A DNA stretch of 64,000 nt from positions 7,695 through 71,694 of the forward strand of contig JAJUGB010000001.1 of the NCBI GenBank assembly GCA_029268595.1, read 5' to 3'. Source of the DNA: Alcaligenaceae bacterium (GTDB taxonomy: Bacteria; Pseudomonadota; Gammaproteobacteria; Burkholderiales; Burkholderiaceae_B). The position numbers and the translations under genes were made by a program. Below, piece after piece: positions 49,832 through 58,375 of the stretch (the first letter of the stretch is position 1; each line of letters starts with the position of its first letter). The notes under the pieces were generated by a model that was given only the letters and a program-made list of their open reading frames with translations, was not told the origin of the DNA and did not search any database.

Positions 49832-50128
49832 TTATGCCTCGCTGTCTTCCACGCCCTCAAAGGGCTTGAGCAAATTTCCCTGCAAAACCTTTACTTGCTG
49901 TTCTGCCAAATCGAGCTGTCGCTGACAGATACGTGCCAGCTGCACGCCCCGCTCGTACGCGGCCAGGGACTGCTCAAGCGGCAGCGAGCCGCTTTCCATC
50001 TGGCCTACCAGCATCTCGAGCTGAGCCAACGCGGTTTCAAAATCTTGAGGTAGGTCCTGGGGCTCGCCGCCCTTTTCCGGACCCTCGGCATCGGGTAGCG
50101 AGGAGTGGTCAACCATCGTAAATTCCAT
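49832..50128 (-). CDS. xseB: exodeoxyribonuclease VII small subunit
   Basis: FETALAQLEMLVGQMESGSLPLEQSLAAYERGVQLARICQ is the typical XseB core. The start may be ATG 50116. Confidence 0.85.
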   Translation of the reverse strand: MEFTMVDHSSLPDAEGPEKGGEPQDLPQDFETALAQLEMLVGQMESGSLPLEQSLAAYERGVQLARICQRQLDLAEQQVKVLQGNLLKPFEGVEDSEA

Positions 50129-50185
50129 AGTAAATCGACCGGCCGGGGGCGTTATTCGCCGATAGACCAGTCAGGCAATCACGAA

Positions 50186-50191
50186 ATTGTA
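50186..50191 (-). promoter_or_regulatory. candidate -10 box (TACAAT) for the xseB-ispA-dxs operon
   Basis: Minus-strand TACAAT about 58 nt upstream of the xseB ATG. The -35 is weak. Confidence 0.25.
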
Positions 50192-50485
50192 CGGGATGAT
50201 GGGCAGCTGCACATGCGTCGCCGTGCGGGAGTCGTCTGTTTCGAAAGGGAAATTAGGCTAGAATGCCGGGTTCACCGCGGGTGGGCGCTACGGTTTGCAC
50301 GCAGCAACGGTTTAGCATGGCCACGCAAAGACAAGGGCAGACTGATAAGGTGCAAACGGGGCGTCCGGACGTGTAGGACACGACTACGGGTGCGATTGCA
50401 ACAACCGGCGAGGCGCACAGAGGGCCGGCATCGATGCCCGCAGAACGCCTGCTAAGGCTGTGTTGGTACGGGCATTACGGGTTAT

Positions 50486-50535
50486 AGCAGTAACGAATCG
50501 CTGTGCGACCAGCAGTAACCAATCGCTGTGCGACC
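50486..50535. repeat. 25-bp perfect-tandem direct repeat (2 copies, 24/25 identical)
   Basis: AGCAGTAACGAATCGCTGTGCGACC followed by AGCAGTAACCAATCGCTGTGCGACC. Located 107 nt upstream of the Rieske oxygenase ATG. Confidence 0.9.
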
Positions 50536-50641
50536 CGTTTTTGCTTCGCCCGGGGCACTACCAGAAGGTATTCTTGTCATACACAGAAAGGCGGAATCCA
50601 CGCATGCTGGACTGCCCGGTAATTATCAGCGGGGGGAACCT

Positions 50642-51802
50642 ATGACCGACATTGGTCGGGCGGCGCATTTTGCACTCGCGCAAGCTCAGTTATCCGTAGA
50701 CAGTTACTTCGATGAAGACGTTTTCGCCCAAGAACAGACGCGTATCTTTAAGAATTCGTCGGTGTACGTTGGTCACGAAAAGCTCGTGCCCGAAGTGGGC
50801 GATTGGCACGCCTTGCCTCAAGAGGACTTAGGCCGGGTACTCGTCCGCGGCTCCGACGGTGTCCAGCTCATTTCCAACGTGTGTCGGCACCGTCAAGCCA
50901 TTATGCTGGGTTTCCACGCCACTGAAACGGGAAAGCACCAGACGGCAAAAGCACGTGGCAACTTGCGTGACACGGGCGGAAACATCGTGTGTCCGATTCA
51001 TCGCTGGACGTATAGCGTCCAAGGCGAGCTCATCGGCGCCCCACAGTTTCCCAATACGCCGTGCATGCATCTGCAAAGATTCAACTTGCGCAACTGCCAT
51101 GGCCTGCTATTTGAAGGGGCACGGGACCCAGCGCAAGATATGGCGTCTCTTTTCAAAAGACCCGAGTTCGACTTCAGCGACTACATTCTCGACCATGTAG
51201 AAGTGCACGAGTGCAACTACAACTGGAAGACATTCATCGAGGTCTACCTCGAGGACTACCACGTTGCTCCGTTCCATCCAGGCCTAGGCCGGTTCGTCAC
51301 CTGCGATGACCTGAGTTGGGAGTTTGGCGATTGGTACAGCTTGCAGCGCGTCGGGGTCCACAACCGACTGGCGCAACCCGGTAGCGACGTCTATCAGCAA
51401 TGGCACGATCGGCTGCTAGAGTACCGCGCGGGCGAAACTCCGGATTTTGGCGCCATCTGGGTGACGTACTTCCCTACCCATATGATAGAAATCTACCCTC
51501 ATGTGGTGGTCTTATCTACGCTGTACCCGGTCAGCCCACAAAAAACCGTCAATATGGTCGAGTTCTACTATCCCGAGGAAATTGCCGTATTCGAGCGCGA
51601 CTTTGTGTTGGCCCAGCGTGCCGCCTATATGGAAACGGCCATAGAAGACGATGAGATTGCCGAACGGATGGACGCTGGTCGCAAGGCCTTGATGCAGCGT
51701 GGCGTGAATGAAGTGGGCCCGTACCAGTCGCCCATGGAAGACGGTATGCTGCATTTCCATAATTGGTACCGCCGGATCATGGCGCAGCACCATACCGATT
51801 AA
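50642..51802 (+). CDS. Rieske [2Fe-2S] non-haem iron oxygenase, alpha-subunit-like
   Basis: CRH...CPIH Rieske ligands and the mononuclear iron motif EDYHVAPFH. GGGGGGA RBS upstream of ATG 50642. Confidence 0.8.
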   Translation: MTDIGRAAHFALAQAQLSVDSYFDEDVFAQEQTRIFKNSSVYVGHEKLVPEVGDWHALPQEDLGRVLVRGSDGVQLISNVCRHRQAIMLGFHATETGKHQTAKARGNLRDTGGNIVCPIHRWTYSVQGELIGAPQFPNTPCMHLQRFNLRNCHGLLFEGARDPAQDMASLFKRPEFDFSDYILDHVEVHECNYNWKTFIEVYLEDYHVAPFHPGLGRFVTCDDLSWEFGDWYSLQRVGVHNRLAQPGSDVYQQWHDRLLEYRAGETPDFGAIWVTYFPTHMIEIYPHVVVLSTLYPVSPQKTVNMVEFYYPEEIAVFERDFVLAQRAAYMETAIEDDEIAERMDAGRKALMQRGVNEVGPYQSPMEDGMLHFHNWYRRIMAQHHTD

Positions 51803-51868
51803 AAACGACTCGAGCCGACCCAGTCTTTACCGCCGTTTCCTGCAGGCCGGCCCGCTTGAGCGCTGCGC

Positions 51869-52744
51869 TTAAGCAGCGTCGCCGCGCGCCACCGGCCGAG
51901 CCGGATCGCTGCACCACTCGCTCCAAGAGCCGGGATACAGGCGCGATCCGGACATCCCCGCCAACTCCATGGCAAAAAGGTTGTGCGTGGCGGTAATTCC
52001 CGAGCCGCACTGATGAACAATGTCTGAGGGGGCCGTAGCCGCAAGAAGCTCGGCAAACTCGCTACGTAGCTGATCGGCCGGCTTGAATCGCCCCTCGTCA
52101 GACAGGTTACGGGTGTGGGGCCGGTTCAGCGCGCCGGGGATATGCCCCGCTACGGGGTCCATGGGCTCGACTTCTCCTCGGTATCGATTCTCGGCTCTTG
52201 CATCAATCACAGTAAAAGTGGGTCGAGATATATTTTCGAGCACCTCGTCGCTACTTACGATGGGCATGGCCGCTGAAGCCGTCTCGATGCGGCCGTTGGC
52301 CTCTGCCGGCCCTTGCAAGGCAGGCGAAGCATGCACGGTGGTTTCCACCTCGCCGCCGGAAGCGAGCCACGCAGGCCACCCGCCATCCAGGACGGCCACC
52401 TTGTCGTGCCCTATCCAGCGCAGCATCCACCATAGGTGTGTGGCGAACATCCCTCCGCTACCGTCGTATGACACAACTTGAGTGTCTGGCCGCAATCCCA
52501 GGCCGCGCATAAGCTCTTTGAAGTCGGCCATAGCAGGCAACGGGTGTCGGCCGTTCTGACCAGTTCTGGGCGCGGACAACTGGGTTTCATGGTCGAGAAA
52601 GCGCGCCCCCGGGATGTGGCCTTCCTCGTAAGCCAGCCGCCCCGCCTCGTGCGAATTGAGATCGTGGCGCACGTCAAGAATTAGCAGGTCTGATTTCCCC
52701 AACCGGGCCTGCAGCTCTTCGACGCTGATGAGCAACTGATACAC
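51869..52744 (-). CDS. sseA: sulfurtransferase (two rhodanese domains, 3-mercaptopyruvate sulfurtransferase-like)
   Basis: Active-site loop CGSGITATH in the second rhodanese domain. GTG 52744 sits 6 nt after AAGGAGGA. Confidence 0.8.
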   Translation of the reverse strand: MYQLLISVEELQARLGKSDLLILDVRHDLNSHEAGRLAYEEGHIPGARFLDHETQLSAPRTGQNGRHPLPAMADFKELMRGLGLRPDTQVVSYDGSGGMFATHLWWMLRWIGHDKVAVLDGGWPAWLASGGEVETTVHASPALQGPAEANGRIETASAAMPIVSSDEVLENISRPTFTVIDARAENRYRGEVEPMDPVAGHIPGALNRPHTRNLSDEGRFKPADQLRSEFAELLAATAPSDIVHQCGSGITATHNLFAMELAGMSGSRLYPGSWSEWCSDPARPVARGDAA

Positions 52745-52762
52745 GAGCAATCCTCCTTGTGA

Positions 52763-53653
52763 TTAAAGCGGCTTGAGCCGTCGCTTGCGCCGCACTTCCG
52801 TATAGGTGCGCCAGGTAGAAAGCAGACCCGATCCGATGACGAGCGCCATCCCACCCCAAGCCAGGGCGTCGGGTATATCGCTCCAGACCAGGGCACCCAA
52901 CAAAGTAGCAAAAATGATAGTTGTGTATTGCAGGGCTGCCGTCAGCAGTGTGGATCCGGCCCCAAAGGCCCGTGTCATGGCCAGTTGTCCCACCAAACCG
53001 GCAGAGCCCACGCCAAGCAGGCTGAACCATGCTTCCCCCGTGGGCGCTTGCCATCCCGTATGAGCTAACCCGACAAAGCTGGTCGCGCACACACAGGAGG
53101 AAAAAAACAGAACGGTCCGCCACTCCGGCTCCCCGACTCTGCCCAGCTGCCGTACCTGCATCATCGCCACTGCGGAAAAAGCCCCACCCGTCAGACCGAT
53201 GAGGCCGGCGTGCAACTGGTCCTGTCCGATGCTGGGCCGCAATATTCCAATTACGCCGACAAATCCGATGGCTACTGCCGCGACTCGAATAAGATCACGG
53301 CGACCACCTTCGGCGCGGAACAGTAGCCAGCCTGCAATGAATAAGGGCGAGGTGTAGTTCAAGCTGGTGGCGGTGGCGAGAGGCAGTTGCGAAAGCGCAT
53401 AAAAGCTCAGCCACATCGCCGTCACACCGGACAGGTTGCGCCAGAAATGCAGTGTCCAGGTAGGCGGGCGTAAGGAGCGATGTGTGAGCAGCGCCCAGGC
53501 GAGCAGTAGCGCCACTGAAGGAGCGCCCCGAAAAAGTACGACCTGGGCCAATGAGGCGCCGCTGTCTGAGGCCAACTTGATGCACGCGCCCATGGTGGCG
53601 AACATTGCACACGCGAGCAGCATCCACAACGACTGCATAGGTTTCGCCGTCAC
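52763..53653 (-). CDS. DMT-family (EamA) transporter
   Basis: 10-TM, duplicated EamA-like hydrophobic profile. Start is GTG 53653 or ATG 53638. Confidence 0.7.
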   Translation of the reverse strand: MTAKPMQSLWMLLACAMFATMGACIKLASDSGASLAQVVLFRGAPSVALLLAWALLTHRSLRPPTWTLHFWRNLSGVTAMWLSFYALSQLPLATATSLNYTSPLFIAGWLLFRAEGGRRDLIRVAAVAIGFVGVIGILRPSIGQDQLHAGLIGLTGGAFSAVAMMQVRQLGRVGEPEWRTVLFFSSCVCATSFVGLAHTGWQAPTGEAWFSLLGVGSAGLVGQLAMTRAFGAGSTLLTAALQYTTIIFATLLGALVWSDIPDALAWGGMALVIGSGLLSTWRTYTEVRRKRRLKPL

Positions 53654-53727
53654 CGGCGCGTCGGAAAAGACGATAATATACCGCGTCGCGAATTTTCAGC
53701 TTTGCGTAAGTTTTCCCGTCCACCTCG

Positions 53728-53756
53728 ATTGAAATTCTGCGATTCGTACCCATCTA
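53728..53756 (+). promoter_or_regulatory. sigma-32 (RpoH) type heat-shock promoter for htpX
   Basis: ATTGAAA, then a 14-nt spacer, then CCCATCTA. E. coli consensus is CTTGAAA-N13-15-CCCCATNT. It lies 41 nt upstream of the htpX ATG. Confidence 0.55.
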
Positions 53757-53796
53757 CCTCAGGTACCGGCATAGTGTGCCGCCGAAGGATCAACAC

Positions 53797-54681
53797 ATGA
53801 AACGCATCTTCTTTTTTCTATTGACGAACCTCGCCGTACTCGTCGTGCTCAGCGTCACCATGAGTGTGCTGGGCGTGGGACGTTACCTCAATGCCAACGG
53901 GCTCGATCTGACGCAGCTGCTCATCTTCTCTGCGTTGGTCGGTTTCACCGGCGCAATCATTTCGCTGTTGATGAGCAAATGGATGGCCAAGCAGGGGACA
54001 GGGGCTAGGGTCATCGATCCGCAACGACCGGGCTCCTCGCAGGAAGCATGGCTGGTGGATACGGTCCATCAGCTGGCTGACAGAGCCGGCATCGGTCGAC
54101 CAGAAGTGGCCATATACGAGGGCGCTCCCAATGCCTTTGCCACCGGCGCGTTTAAGAACAATGCTCTGGTGGCGGTATCCACGGGCTTGTTGCAAAGCAT
54201 GAACGAGGAGGAAGTTGCCGCTGTCCTTGCTCACGAAGTGGCCCACATCGCCAACGGCGATATGGTTACACTGACCTTGATCCAGGGTGTGGTGAACACA
54301 TTCGTCGTGTTCCTGGCGCGTGTTGTCGGGTACTTTGTCGATCAGGTGCTGCTCAAAAACGACCGCGACGTCGGCATAGGGTACTACGTCACCGTCATTG
54401 CCTGCGAAATCCTGTTTGGCATTCTGGCATCCATTGTTGTGGCCTGGTTCTCGCGCCAGCGAGAATACCGGGCCGACGCGGGATCGGCCCACCTGCTGGG
54501 CGGCCGCGAGCCCATGATCCGCGCCCTGGCGCGATTAGGGGGCCTGCCCTCCGGCGAACTGCCGAAGACCTTTCAGGCATCGGGCATTTCCAGTGGCGGC
54601 AAGCTGAGCAGCCTCTTTGCATCACACCCGCCCATTGAAGATCGAATCCGGGCCCTTCAGCAATTGCAAATGGGCCGCTGA
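53797..54681 (+). CDS. htpX: zinc metalloprotease HtpX (M48)
   Basis: [16 protein letters not shown]-terminus and [10 protein letters not shown] zinc motif. AAGGA RBS. Confidence 0.95.
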   Translation: MKRIFFFLLTNLAVLVVLSVTMSVLGVGRYLNANGLDLTQLLIFSALVGFTGAIISLLMSKWMAKQGTGARVIDPQRPGSSQEAWLVDTVHQLADRAGIGRPEVAIYEGAPNAFATGAFKNNALVAVSTGLLQSMNEEEVAAVLAHEVAHIANGDMVTLTLIQGVVNTFVVFLARVVGYFVDQVLLKNDRDVGIGYYVTVIACEILFGILASIVVAWFSRQREYRADAGSAHLLGGREPMIRALARLGGLPSGELPKTFQASGISSGGKLSSLFASHPPIEDRIRALQQLQMGR

Positions 54682-54691
54682 ATCCGGCATG

Positions 54692-54732
54692 AAGGCCGAT
54701 CTTTGCTGTTGTTGTTGTAAAGATCGGCCCTT
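54692..54732. terminator. hairpin terminator between convergent htpX and the dienelactone hydrolase gene
   Basis: 11-bp perfect stem GGCCGATCTTT (54694-54704) with AAAGATCGGCC (54719-54729). The 14-nt loop contains (TGT)4. Confidence 0.6.
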
Positions 54733-54829
54733 GCTGCAACGCTGGATTGCTTCCATGCAAGACCCACAGAAGCGAACTGTTTGATTAACTGGCGGGGTCG
54801 TCGGCGCGCCGAGTGGCGCGCTGCAGCAA

Positions 54830-55621
54830 TCAGGACAAGCGGGTGCGGAACCAGTCCAGTGCCTTACCCCAGGCGTCACGGGCATCCTCGGGGTTGTAGC
54901 TGGGTCGGTAATCGGCGAAGAACGCGTGCCCCGATTCCGGATAGACGTGGATTTGCGACTCTTGTGCGGCCTGATTGCCCTGCCTCAAGGCCTCGCGCAT
55001 CTGCTCTACGTCTTCCAGGGGAATACTGCCGTCCTGACCACCGTACAAGCCCAGGACGGGGCATTTCAGGGATGAGGCCACATCGACGGGGTTGCGCTTC
55101 TGCAAGGGCCCGTGGCCGACGGCAAGCTTGCCATACCAGGCGACGCCTGCCTTGCAGTCGGAGTTGTGCTCGGCGTACATCCAGGTAAGGCGGCCGCCCC
55201 AGCAAAAGCCAGTCACACCCACCCGGCCTGCATCGGCACCTTGCGTTGCGGCCCACTTCACTGCCGCATCCAGGTCAGACATTACCTGCTCGTCAGACAC
55301 CTTTGAAACAATGTCGCGAATAACGCCCTGGATGTCGCCCTCTCGGCCTCGAGGATCGCCCTGCCTCTGGTAGAGCTCGACGGCCACAGCAAAGTAGCCT
55401 TCCTTGGCGAAACGACGGCAAATGTCCTGCACATGGTCATTGACACCGAAAATCTCTTGCAAAACAAGCAGAACCGGAGCGTTCTGTCTGTCGGCCGGTA
55501 CGGCGTAGTAGGCTTTGATGGTCCCATCGAAGGTCGGCATATCTACCATGCCGTGCCGCAGCCCATCGGCCGGTGTGCGCACGGTGGAATCCGTCTGACC
55601 GGCATTAGGGGTAGTGGACAT
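54830..55621 (-). CDS. dienelactone hydrolase family protein
   Basis: Alpha/beta hydrolase with the GFCWGG nucleophile motif and a C-terminal GHAF His motif. Confidence 0.8.
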   Translation of the reverse strand: MSTTPNAGQTDSTVRTPADGLRHGMVDMPTFDGTIKAYYAVPADRQNAPVLLVLQEIFGVNDHVQDICRRFAKEGYFAVAVELYQRQGDPRGREGDIQGVIRDIVSKVSDEQVMSDLDAAVKWAATQGADAGRVGVTGFCWGGRLTWMYAEHNSDCKAGVAWYGKLAVGHGPLQKRNPVDVASSLKCPVLGLYGGQDGSIPLEDVEQMREALRQGNQAAQESQIHVYPESGHAFFADYRPSYNPEDARDAWGKALDWFRTRLS

Positions 55622-55657
55622 GTTTTCTCCTTGTAGATTGGTCGTTACCTGAGGGTG

Positions 55658-58375
55658 TCAGTGCGCTTGTTCCCAGTTCTCTGCGGCGCCTACCTCGGCG
55701 ACCAGAGGAACGCTTAGCTGGGCCACCCCGCACATAAGATCGGGCAAACGGCGAATCACCGTTTCCACTTCTGAATCCGGAACGTCCAGAACCAGTTCAT
55801 CGTGAACCTGCATTACCATGCGCGTTTCCAACTGCTCGGCAAGCAGCCAGTCCTGGACGGCCACCATGGCCATTTTAATCAAGTCGGCAGCCGTTCCCTG
55901 CATGGGTGCGTTGATGGCGGCGCGCTCTGCAGCCGCCCGCCGCGGCCCCTTTGCCCCCCGCAGTTCCGGCAACCACAAGCGCCGCCCGAAAACGGTCTCG
56001 ACATACCCTTGCTCGTGGGCCTTGGCCTTGGTCTCTTCCATATATTGGGCGACCCCCGGATAACGCATGAAATACCGATCGATATAGGACCTGGCCGCAT
56101 CGCGAGTAATGCCCAGGTTGGACGCCAGGCCAAAATCACCCATGCCATAAATAAGGCCAAAGTTGATGGCCTTGGCCGCCCTGCGCTGCTCGCCGGTGAC
56201 CTCGTCCTGGGCCACTCGAAACACCTCGGCCGCTGTTGCTCGATGGATGTCGTCGCCGCGCTGAAACGCGCCCTGCAAATTAGCATCGCCCGACACATGG
56301 GCCATGACGCGCAATTCGATCTGGGAGTAGTCAGCCGACACGATTTTGCCCTGCGTGGCAACAAATGCCGCCCGCACCCGCCGGCCCTCGGCTGTGCGCA
56401 CGGGAATGTTCTGGAGATTGGGTTCGGCAGACGCCAACCGGCCCGTAATAACGGCCGCCTGCGCATATCGAGTATGCACTCGCCCGGTACGCGGGTTGAT
56501 CATTCGTGGCAGCTTATCCGTGTAGGTGGACTTGAGCTTGGACAGCGCACGATACTCGAGCAACACCTGTGGCAGGGGATAGTCGCGCGCAAGCTTGCTG
56601 AGCACGTCTTCGTCGGTAGAAGGCGTTCCGCTTGCAGTCTTGCGAACCACGGGAAGTTGCATGCGCTGAAACAGGATCTCGCCCAACTGTTTGGGAGAGT
56701 TCAAATTAAAAGGCTGCCCCGCAAGCTCGTAGGCCTTTTGCTCCAGGGCCAGCATCTGCTGCCCAAGCTCGTTGCTTTGTGCAGCTAGCGCCGCAGCGTC
56801 GATCCCTACTCCATTTCGCTCGACCTCGGTGAGGACAGCCGAAACCTTGATTTCAAGTCGGTAGATATCTTCTAGGCCCGGCTCGGCCGAAATACGAGGA
56901 CGCAACACATTGTGCAACTGCAAGGTGTAGTCGGCATCTTCACATGCGTAGCGCGAGGCTTTTTCGACTTCCACCTCGTCAAAACAAATTTGCTTGGCGC
57001 CTTTTCCGCAAAGCTCTTCGTACGACACGCCGGTCTGGCCCAGCCAGCGCTCGGCCAGCTCCTGGAGATTCACGCGTCTGTGCGACTCCAGCACATAGGC
57101 CTGCAACATGGTGTCTTCGACTATGCCGGCCAGGGCAATGCCTTCGTTTCTAAGCACGTGTGCATCGTACTTGGAGTTATGCAGCAACTTGGCCGCCGAA
57201 GGACTTTCCAACCAGGGCTTGAGCCGGGCCAGCACCTCGTCCATCGGCAATTGAGTTACCTGATCAGGCCCGCGATGGGTCAGAGGGATATAGCAAGCCA
57301 GGCCCGGCTCGGTGCATAGCGAGATGCCGACCAGCCGGGCCAACATGGGATCCAGCGAATCGGTCTCGGTGTCCAGGGCAACCAGATTTGCTGCCTCCAG
57401 CCGCTCAATCCAGGCATCCAGGCCCTGCCAATCGAGTATGGTCTCGTATTGAACTTGCGGCGGAGGGGGCGGCACATCCTGCGCCACGCGACTGTCTTGT
57501 TCGGGGACGCGCTTTTCGTCTCCGGTGAGCTCGCGCAGCCATGTACGGAAACCGTACTCTTCGTACAGCCTTACCAGGGCCTCGCGGTCGACCGGATTGG
57601 GAAGTAAATCGTCCAACTCGTCACACTCGCCGGGCATCTTGCAATCCACCTTGATGGTGACCAGCTGCCGCGTCATGGGAAAGTTCGGGATGGCTTCCCG
57701 CAGGTTTTGACCGAGCACCCCTTTTATGGCATCGGCGTTGGCGACGAGCTCGTCCAGACTGCCGAATTCGTTTAGCCATTTGGCGGCAGTTTTCGGCCCC
57801 ACCTTGGTGACACCGGGTATGTTGTCTACTGTGTCGCCGGTGAGCATCAGGAAATCGACGATCTGGTCGGGCCGAACGCCAAACTTGCGAACGACACCTT
57901 CGTAATCCTGGCGCTCCCCGCTCATGGTGTTGACCAGCTCGACGCTATCGTTAACCAGCTGGGCAAGGTCTTTGTCGCCGGTCGAGATGACTGTATGTAC
58001 GCCTGACTCGGTGGCCATTCGGGCCAAAGTGCCGATGATATCGTCCGCTTCAACGCCGGGCACGCAAAGCAAGGGCCATCCCATTGCACGGACCGCGTCG
58101 TGTATGGGCCCGATTTGTGCTGAAAGCGCGTCCGGCATTGAAGGACGCTGCGCTTTGTAGGAAGGATAAAGTTCGTCACGAAACGTGGCGCCCTTTGCAT
58201 CAAAAACACAGGCGGCGTAATCCGCCTTGTAATCCTGGGAGAGCCTCCTTAACATGGAGATGACCCCGTAGAGCGCGCCAGTGGGTTCTCCCTTGGCGTT
58301 TCTCAGGTCCGGCAAGGCGTGAAAAGCCCGATATAAATAGCTGGACCCATCAACAAGCAACAAGGTTTTTTTCAT
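55658..58375 (-). CDS. polA: DNA polymerase I
   Basis: LLLVDGSSYLYRAFHA 5'-nuclease N-terminus, a 3'-5' exonuclease domain, and polymerase motifs (DYSQIELR, QVHDELV). Confidence 0.97.
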   Translation of the reverse strand: MKKTLLLVDGSSYLYRAFHALPDLRNAKGEPTGALYGVISMLRRLSQDYKADYAACVFDAKGATFRDELYPSYKAQRPSMPDALSAQIGPIHDAVRAMGWPLLCVPGVEADDIIGTLARMATESGVHTVISTGDKDLAQLVNDSVELVNTMSGERQDYEGVVRKFGVRPDQIVDFLMLTGDTVDNIPGVTKVGPKTAAKWLNEFGSLDELVANADAIKGVLGQNLREAIPNFPMTRQLVTIKVDCKMPGECDELDDLLPNPVDREALVRLYEEYGFRTWLRELTGDEKRVPEQDSRVAQDVPPPPPQVQYETILDWQGLDAWIERLEAANLVALDTETDSLDPMLARLVGISLCTEPGLACYIPLTHRGPDQVTQLPMDEVLARLKPWLESPSAAKLLHNSKYDAHVLRNEGIALAGIVEDTMLQAYVLESHRRVNLQELAERWLGQTGVSYEELCGKGAKQICFDEVEVEKASRYACEDADYTLQLHNVLRPRISAEPGLEDIYRLEIKVSAVLTEVERNGVGIDAAALAAQSNELGQQMLALEQKAYELAGQPFNLNSPKQLGEILFQRMQLPVVRKTASGTPSTDEDVLSKLARDYPLPQVLLEYRALSKLKSTYTDKLPRMINPRTGRVHTRYAQAAVITGRLASAEPNLQNIPVRTAEGRRVRAAFVATQGKIVSADYSQIELRVMAHVSGDANLQGAFQRGDDIHRATAAEVFRVAQDEVTGEQRRAAKAINFGLIYGMGDFGLASNLGITRDAARSYIDRYFMRYPGVAQYMEETKAKAHEQGYVETVFGRRLWLPELRGAKGPRRAAAERAAINAPMQGTAADLIKMAMVAVQDWLLAEQLETRMVMQVHDELVLDVPDSEVETVIRRLPDLMCGVAQLSVPLVAEVGAAENWEQAH

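Noticed and set aside
50290-50360. Resemblance to a c-di-GMP-I (GEMM-I) riboswitch (ACGCAAAG and GCACGCAGCAACGG segments)
   Set aside because: Only short fragments resemble the consensus. The P1 helices and the GNRA tetraloop/receptor arrangement cannot be drawn. This is not enough to make a call without a covariance-model search.
50105-50455. 116-aa ORF (and the 61-aa ORF at 50460-50645) in the long xseB/Rieske intergenic region
   Set aside because: The translation is extremely Arg-rich and low in complexity, there is no RBS, and the ORF overlaps the xseB start on the other strand. The region is treated as non-coding.
54705-54718. (TGT)4 trinucleotide microsatellite
   Set aside because: Only four units, and it forms the loop of the htpX terminator hairpin. 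It is too short to treat as a phase-variable tract.
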